Positions 59,601-64,000 of a stretch of DNA of 64,000 nucleotides are shown here, piece after piece. The notes under the pieces were generated by a model. The model was not told where the DNA came from and searched no databases. It was given only the letters and a program-made list of their open reading frames with translations. A program made the translations under genes and the position numbers. The number at the start of each line of letters is the position of its first letter. The first letter of the stretch is position 1. Origin of the DNA: Kiritimatiellia bacterium (GTDB taxonomy: Bacteria > Verrucomicrobiota > Kiritimatiellia > RFP12 > UBA3636); contig JAZNPC010000010.1 in assembly GCA_045589455.1 (NCBI GenBank), forward strand, positions 149-64,148, in the 5' to 3' direction.

Positions 59601-59950
59601 ATTTAAATTTTATTAAAAAACTACTTGGAGAATATAAAAAGTTTAATTCATTAGAAATATGGAGTAACCATAAATATAATTCACTTGCTTTAAATATAGT
59701 GAATATTCTTAATCTTAGAAATAAAATTGAGCAATTAGTTTTAAATTCATCTAATAACTCATCGTTAACACATGATTTAAAAGAAATTGTTTTAGATATA
59801 TTCCCAAAATCTTCTGAATCATTTATTATGACTTTAATACATTTGTTTATGAAGGACTTTAGTTTAAGTCGAGAGGAAAATGAACAACGTACTAAAATAT
59901 ATTTAAATTGGTTAAGTTATATTACAAAATATGGAGTAAAAAATGATTAA
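56657..59950 (+). CDS. Membrane-embedded HerA/FtsK-superfamily P-loop ATPase (N-terminal domain, S/T/G-rich segments, 2 TM, DUF87/HerA-like ATPase, C-terminal helical domain)
   Basis: ORF 56642-59950. I prefer the ATG at 56657 (GGATAAAGGAA upstream; ATGAGTGA overlap with the previous stop). Walker A is GSTGSGKS (58388-58411) and Walker B is ITVLEEAH (59063-59086). IIADQAPGLLD...NTNTKIILRL follows. The TM pair LKIAGAAILGAAAIATAIPTGGVSLAVAGAAIVNSIPMV spans nt 57563-57685. Confidence 0.75.
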   Translation: MSDRVVLVKDHNLNNSILTDDNLIGQGEGKFPSITKLESNLKESSKLVQDIVLKNYLHKLKDLEVVPLPNEFKDINKLRIFEINEMVYQKDEYSTYKFASVFSSLQSLDCGVFIIVNSNGEKTDFYMGVRSKDNNRTTKSLKDTLKNALIGHFPGVKVKDMLDPEVEDFLSEISKNNVSSVSCIANNKDEDFKNNDNFIQGLEKLALAMQGKKYTAIVLANSINNSQISDVRSAYETIYTQISPFANMQLSYGTNTALSISDALSKGATTGSSYSKNIGTSRGTSTSSGDTYSESASKPDILSSGLKIAGAAILGAAAIATAIPTGGVSLAVAGAAIVNSIPMVTKTKGRSHSKNKSQSVTSNEGETFGENSSTSENATHTIGETIGKTENMQLTMQNKTLLNTLEKIDCQLQRLNECESLGMWECAAYFMSDSLETVEMAAGTYKALMKGSKSGVETSAINTWGWYEKNKIPILCEYITNFIHPIFAYPTDGEFIPVTPASMVSSNELAIQMGLPRKSVCGFPVVEHAEFGKEVVSNLDIKSSRTIPIGNIFSMGSETKTPVKLSIDSLTMHTFVTGSTGSGKSNTLYEILYQLHNFNNVPFLVIEPAKGEYKNIFGNSHNVSVYGTNAKKTEVLKINPFSFPDDIHVLEHLDRLVEIFNVCWPMYAAMPAILKEAIEKAYISVGWDLIDSINVNGNIFPNFTDVLEQIEIVINESQYSKDCKGDYSGALTTRIRSMTTGLNRLIFTQNEISNSDLFDKSVIVDLSRVGSTEEKALIMGVLVMKLNEYRMTSGKINSSLSHITVLEEAHNLLKRTSTEQSSESSNLLGKSVEMLSNSIAEMRTYGEGFIIADQAPGLLDMSVIRNTNTKIILRLPEKSDRELVGYAACLKDNQLDEISKLHRGVAVIYQNDWIEPVLVQIRKCNLEENSYSYNPPSKQTSKPNVLKQLINFLICNNVREKLDFSIADIEQGIDFLALSSSNLNFIKKLLGEYKKFNSLEIWSNHKYNSLALNIVNILNLRNKIEQLVLNSSNNSSLTHDLKEIVLDIFPKSSESFIMTLIHLFMKDFSLSREENEQRTKIYLNWLSYITKYGVKND

Positions 59951-60896
59951 TAATTTTGACATTAGTAATATCAATAAATTTAACAATGAACTAAAGGATT
60001 GTAATTTATATAAGCAGATTGAAGGAGAAGATAAAAAAAAATCAGGAATAGAAAAATCTCTGGATAATGTTTGTACTCAAGAAACAAATCCAAGTGTTGA
60101 TGAACAAGGACATGTATATAGAAAAGAGAATGGAGATTTGCTCCCTAATAATAATTTCGTGATGGGTGAAAATACATTTAAAACAGATGATAATGGCAAA
60201 ATCTACGCTATAGATGGAAAACTTGTTCCAGAAAATAAGTATGAATTAAATTGTGCTTCGTATGAAACAGACGAATTGGGACGTATTAGAAAAGTAGTTG
60301 CTCAAGACTTAAAGATAACACCAGAAAACTTAAGAGATTCCACAGCACAAACTTTAGTTGGCGGCAAAGATAGATTGCTAGGAGATAATGGCGGTCATTT
60401 GGTTGCTCGTATACATGGGGGCGATGCTGGTATTGGAAATCAAGTAGCTGTTCGCGACGTAATTAATAAAGGTGATTGGAAGATTGATGAGAATACAATA
60501 AGTGATTTAATAAAAAAAGGTAAAAATGTCAGGACGGAAGCGGAAATTTTTTATGATGGTAATTCTGAGCGACCATCTAAAATAGAGATTTCAATCTATT
60601 CTAATGGAGAAAAAATAAGCGAAGCTGTTTATGATAACAATATTGGATCGAAGGATTTATTAGGATTGGAAAAACTTAAAGATATATTAAGCCCTAGTGA
60701 TTATCAAAACCTTTGCGATGAAATTTCTCAATTAGAAAAAAATGGAGATAAGGTTAGTATTACTTCTGTAACATTTAAGTCAGGAGAAGATCCTTCAATA
60801 GCAGTGAGAAATGAAACAACGGAAAAAACTTGTTATTGGCCATGGAATACACGCAATGAAGGAAAAACATTGAGTGATGTATTTCACAATTCATAA
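59943..60896 (+). CDS. His-Me finger nuclease, Endonuclease_NS_2-like (EsaD/YeeF-type toxin domain)
   Basis: 317 aa. The start overlaps the ATPase stop (ATGATTAA). The pre-toxin pattern YETDELGRIRKV is present. Catalytic pattern: GDNGGHLVARIHGG (60381-60407) ..GNQVAV..INKGDWKIDEN..NVRTEAEIFYDGNSERPSKIEISIY. There is no signal peptide or TM. Confidence 0.7.
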   Translation: MINNFDISNINKFNNELKDCNLYKQIEGEDKKKSGIEKSLDNVCTQETNPSVDEQGHVYRKENGDLLPNNNFVMGENTFKTDDNGKIYAIDGKLVPENKYELNCASYETDELGRIRKVVAQDLKITPENLRDSTAQTLVGGKDRLLGDNGGHLVARIHGGDAGIGNQVAVRDVINKGDWKIDENTISDLIKKGKNVRTEAEIFYDGNSERPSKIEISIYSNGEKISEAVYDNNIGSKDLLGLEKLKDILSPSDYQNLCDEISQLEKNGDKVSITSVTFKSGEDPSIAVRNETTEKTCYWPWNTRNEGKTLSDVFHNS

Positions 60897-60916
60897 ACAA
60901 CAGGTAGGTGTAAATA

Positions 60917-61309
60917 ATGGAAATAACTATAACCTATGAAGAGGTTTCTAATATAATAAAAACCAAATCTAATGTAAATGCGACATTTACAATGATTGAC
61001 AGCGAATCAATAAGTGTTAAAGTTAAACCTGGATTGCTTATTCCTGCGGTTAATATAACCTTAAAATTAGAAAAAGATGCTAAAGAGTATAAAATTCGTT
61101 ATGGCTCTGGTGTTGTGTCTCTTCTAGTAACAAAAATAGTAAATTTGTTCGTAAATGATAAACTACCTGAATTTGTCAGATTAGATACATCGAATAATAC
61201 TTTATCTTTTGATTCTACAATTAAGCATAATGGGATTGTTGTAGATATTAAGGATATTACATTTTTAGAAGAAAAAATTTCAATATCTTTATTTTTAAAA
61301 GATTTGTAA
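60917..61309 (+). CDS. Small beta-rich protein, candidate cognate immunity/inhibitor of the upstream nuclease
   Basis: 130 aa, 20 nt after the nuclease stop, with AGGTAGGTG Shine-Dalgarno upstream. The role is inferred from position only; I recognise no motif. Confidence 0.4.
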   Translation: MEITITYEEVSNIIKTKSNVNATFTMIDSESISVKVKPGLLIPAVNITLKLEKDAKEYKIRYGSGVVSLLVTKIVNLFVNDKLPEFVRLDTSNNTLSFDSTIKHNGIVVDIKDITFLEEKISISLFLKDL

Positions 61310-61734
61310 AATTATCAGTCATCTCATATTGCTCAACCTAAATTCGGTGTTGCGCATCTGAGTTATTCACCAGATTATTCTAATGTCAAAATCATCACTT
61401 AACAAAATCAATGACCGGCTTTAATTATGCTACAATGAAGGGTTAAAAAAAGCAACAATCAAAGCATTGTCTCCTAAGTATTATGTATTTGTAGAAGTTT
61501 GATAGGTTTTTGGAATAAAAATCATTGTCTATTTTATTAGAGTTAGTATTGTGATTTGTAAGCATTTGTAGTTGTATTTTTGTTCCACCTTCCATAAGAT
61601 TTATTCGTCAAATGAGGAATAAACAAATGTAGGCGGGATGTGCTGCTAGGGTTCCGTGAAATCGCCAAGGCCGTATTTCGGCAATATGATGAATGACCTA
61701 ACACCATTCCGCTTACTTCTTTTAAGGAGATTAT

Positions 61735-62451
61735 ATGAACGAAAACATTTTGCAAGCAAAACTAGATAAATTGTTTGATAATTGGAAGGCAGCAATAGAT
61801 GCTTGTCCAGAAATTCCTGCAGAAATTAAGGAATGCTTCGTGCGCGATGGCTTCTATCCAGGCTACCTAAACCAAAAGTGTAAGGTGCTGTTTGTGGCTC
61901 GCGAATCACTTAGTGTTGAAGGAGATTATATAAAAGAGGTTTTTGATGCATATAAAAGTAAACGTGTTGGTGGCAAAAATATCAATCAGTATCAATTCCA
62001 TGCGTTAATGATGTATATAGCATATGCTCTAAATAATAATTGCTTTGATTGGAATAGCATTCCTTGGGCAGAAAAGCTCTGCGAGACATTTGGTACGCCT
62101 GGCGGACTTAGCTTCGCTTTTATGAATTTGTCTAAATTCAGTAATTGGTCGAAATCTAGTTGGCAAAGTAATTGGAATTTGATAAATTCTTCTCTAAATG
62201 TTAGTGGCAACGATTCTTTCATCAAACAGGAAATTGAATTGCTAGACCCAGATGTAATTATTACTATGAATTTAGATGGTAATTTAAGTTACTTGGGTGA
62301 AATGCGCAAGATTGTTAATACCACCGATATCAATAAATATGCTTACAAGATCAATGGTAAGGAAATACCTCTCTACGATATGTGGCATTTTTCTGCCCCA
62401 AGTAAGTCGCCAAGAGGAAATTATTTGGAGCCACTTAGTAAATTAGTTTAA
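61735..62451 (+). CDS. Hypothetical protein, possibly uracil-DNA-glycosylase-fold
   Basis: 238 aa with AAGGAG Shine-Dalgarno upstream. It loosely resembles UDG-superfamily motif positions (KVLFVARES ... LDPDVIITMN ... WHFSAPS). Composition is closer to the core genome. Confidence 0.3.
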   Translation: MNENILQAKLDKLFDNWKAAIDACPEIPAEIKECFVRDGFYPGYLNQKCKVLFVARESLSVEGDYIKEVFDAYKSKRVGGKNINQYQFHALMMYIAYALNNNCFDWNSIPWAEKLCETFGTPGGLSFAFMNLSKFSNWSKSSWQSNWNLINSSLNVSGNDSFIKQEIELLDPDVIITMNLDGNLSYLGEMRKIVNTTDINKYAYKINGKEIPLYDMWHFSAPSKSPRGNYLEPLSKLV

Positions 62452-62465
62452 AAGGGAGAAAAAAC

Positions 62466-62666
62466 ATGGCAAAGCAACGTGTTGATTTGACAGATAAGAA
62501 GTGTGCTACCTGTCGTTGGTGGCAAGGTGATCGTGAGGTGATATTTTGGTCTCGTAAGCCATTTAAAGTCGAGTGCGATGCACAAGGTATGTGTCCATCC
62601 TGCAAGCAAAATAAGACCTATAGCTTTAGCTGCAGAAATTGGGTTCCATGGGAAAAGCTTCCATAA
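62466..62666 (+). CDS. Small Cys-rich protein (CxxC ... C ... CxxC ... C)
   Basis: 66 aa with GGGAGAAAAAAC upstream. Cysteines occur in CATCRWW, ECDAQGMCPSC and FSC. Confidence 0.4.
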   Translation: MAKQRVDLTDKKCATCRWWQGDREVIFWSRKPFKVECDAQGMCPSCKQNKTYSFSCRNWVPWEKLP

Positions 62667-62748
62667 TGCTACGTTTGACAGTTAATTACTGAATTTAGAT
62701 TAAAAATATAAATGAGGTTTTATAACTTAAAGTAAGGAAAAAAGTAAT

Positions 62749-64000
62749 ATGAGAAGTTGTCTAACTGTGTTTTTAGGAATCGTTATTATTGGTGCTATTC
62801 TTCTGATATATTTCTTTTGGGAAGCAATAATAGCGTTATTATTAGCGTTGTTACAAATAGTTTTGACATTTATTGCAATAGTGGTGGGAATTGTGGTAAT
62901 GATTGCTGTAGTAAGTTATTTTAGGAAAAGAAAAATAAAAGAATTAGCACGCTTAGAGCGGGAAAGAAATGCTACATTAGAAAATAGAATTCGAGAAGAA
63001 GTTTATATACCGGTTCCTGAATATGCAGTTACATCTAACAATTATTATGAATGCTTACACATTCTTGAAGAAGCTGCAGATTATAAAAGAAGGATTGAAA
63101 ATGCTTCATCAAAGCTTGAAAAGAGCCAATTAAAAAATGAGTTGTCTAATTTCAGGCTTAAATCATTCTATGTTATTTCTCTACGTCATGAAGTTGATGA
63201 AGAAAAATGGGCGTCTTATGAAACAAAGATTAATAATATTTTATCTAAAAATGGTGATTGGAATTTGCTAAGAATAGAAGATAATGAAAAATCATTAGTT
63301 ACTGGAAAATACGAAGCTAAAGTAAAAAATAATTTAGGTAATATAACATTGAGGCTTGAGGATAATAATATCGATGATGTCATTAAAAGAGTTGATTTGA
63401 TTAAAGATTTTGATACATCAGGTATTTTTACAACGCACAGTTTGACTAAGCTTAATGATAAAACAGAACAAATGACTAAATGTTATGATTCTATTGAGAA
63501 GAGGTATAAAGAGCTATCGGATGTGGGTGAAATAACTAATAAGATTTTGGTAGAAGCTCGTGGTGCTGCATATCGGAATATTTTCTTAGGTGTAGAACTT
63601 TTGAATTATATTAGAGATAATTCTGGAGGAACGGGGCTAAAGGTTCAACATGATTCGGTTGATATGCAAGAAATTAATCTTTCAACAGATATTCCATTAA
63701 GTAGTTTGAATATTGATTTTGGAGAAGTTTTGAAAGTGGGTTTGTTTAACAAAGAAGGCACTAAAGCTATTTCAAGAATTTTGAAAAATCCTAAGAGTAT
63801 TGGTTACAATAGTGCTTTAATTGGCATTTCTGTTGCAAAAGAACTTTTAAAAGCACGTAATAAAGCAATTCAGGCAAATATAAAACAACAAAAGGAACTG
63901 ATAAAATGTATTGACGATGCTTGTAAAAATTATACAAATACTCGTGCTCAAATGTTTAGAGCAATTGAAATAGTTAAAGCGATTGTTCATTCAAATGCAG
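62749..64000 (+). CDS. Membrane-anchored coiled-coil protein of unknown function (3'-truncated by the window end; absent from the ORF track)
   Basis: I translated it by hand. ATG 62749 has AAGGAAAAAAG upstream, and the frame stays open for 417 codons to 64000. The N-terminus MRSCLTVFLGIVIIGAILLIYFFWEAIIALLLALLQIVLTFIAIVVGIVVMIAVV gives two or more TM segments, followed by K/E-rich helical sequence. The region is AT-rich. Confidence 0.6.
   Translation, partial: MRSCLTVFLGIVIIGAILLIYFFWEAIIALLLALLQIVLTFIAIVVGIVVMIAVVSYFRKRKIKELARLERERNATLENRIREEVYIPVPEYAVTSNNYYECLHILEEAADYKRRIENASSKLEKSQLKNELSNFRLKSFYVISLRHEVDEEKWASYETKINNILSKNGDWNLLRIEDNEKSLVTGKYEAKVKNNLGNITLRLEDNNIDDVIKRVDLIKDFDTSGIFTTHSLTKLNDKTEQMTKCYDSIEKRYKELSDVGEITNKILVEARGAAYRNIFLGVELLNYIRDNSGGTGLKVQHDSVDMQEINLSTDIPLSSLNIDFGEVLKVGLFNKEGTKAISRILKNPKSIGYNSALIGISVAKELLKARNKAIQANIKQQKELIKCIDDACKNYTNTRAQMFRAIEIVKAIVHSNA

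Larger units (their letters stand above)
50750..61350 (+). other. AT-rich genomic island (likely horizontally acquired); no integrase or transposase seen in the window
   Basis: Hand counts of 60-nt lines give 22% (52261), 28% (55201), 32% (58381) and 35% (60301) G+C inside the island, against 42% (49201) and 52% (34201) in flanking genes. Members of the GC-rich repeat family abut both edges (to ~50700 on the left; 61352-61371 on the right). Confidence 0.6.

Noticed and set aside
61543-61755. 70-aa minus-strand ORF in the gap right of the island.
   Set aside because: It has no RBS, and its start overlaps the well-initiated plus-strand gene at 61735 (AAGGAG). The sequence has no recognisable features.

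Overview
This is a 64-kb bacterial chromosomal window. The gene content is diderm-type (ExbB/ExbD/TonB, a NodT-type outer-membrane factor, MacAB-like efflux), but I cannot assign the lineage from sequence alone. All protein calls come from motif recognition on the supplied translations; no searches were run.

Layout:
- 0.1-50.2 kb holds mostly housekeeping and metabolic genes: ilvE, ptsP, a GT2 glycosyltransferase, pgi, icd, a putP-like symporter, metG, a TrmH-family methyltransferase, a DAACS transporter, a GH13 branching enzyme, argF, a pyrB-like gene and rluD.
- Interspersed with these are three large secreted surface proteins (one PA14/beta-helix adhesin-like, two BspA-type LRR proteins), two MacAB-type efflux loci, an ExbB-ExbD-TonB cluster and a GH29 fucosidase.
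- Intergenic regions are unusually long. They are filled with a modular, GC-rich, hairpin-forming repeat family at about nine loci, roughly 4 kb in total. Two co-linear composites of about 1 kb directly flank the adhesin gene.
- About 50.75-61.35 kb is a sharply AT-rich island, and it is the most interesting part of the window. It carries one tightly coupled plus-strand operon: a DUF1232/YkvA-like protein (behind an A AAA AAG slippery site), a polytopic membrane protein, two tandem dynamin-like GTPases, a glycine-zipper 2-TM protein, a 2-TM HerA/FtsK-superfamily ATPase, a His-Me (Endonuclease_NS_2-like) nuclease and a small beta-rich protein. I know of no described system that combines these three modules. 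I propose it as a candidate new conflict system, either anti-phage or toxin-delivery.
- 61.7-64 kb holds a UDG-fold-like ORF, a small Cys-rich ORF and an AT-rich membrane-anchored coiled-coil ORF. That last ORF runs off the window end and is absent from the ORF track.

I recognised no rRNA, tRNA, CRISPR array, transposase or integrase.
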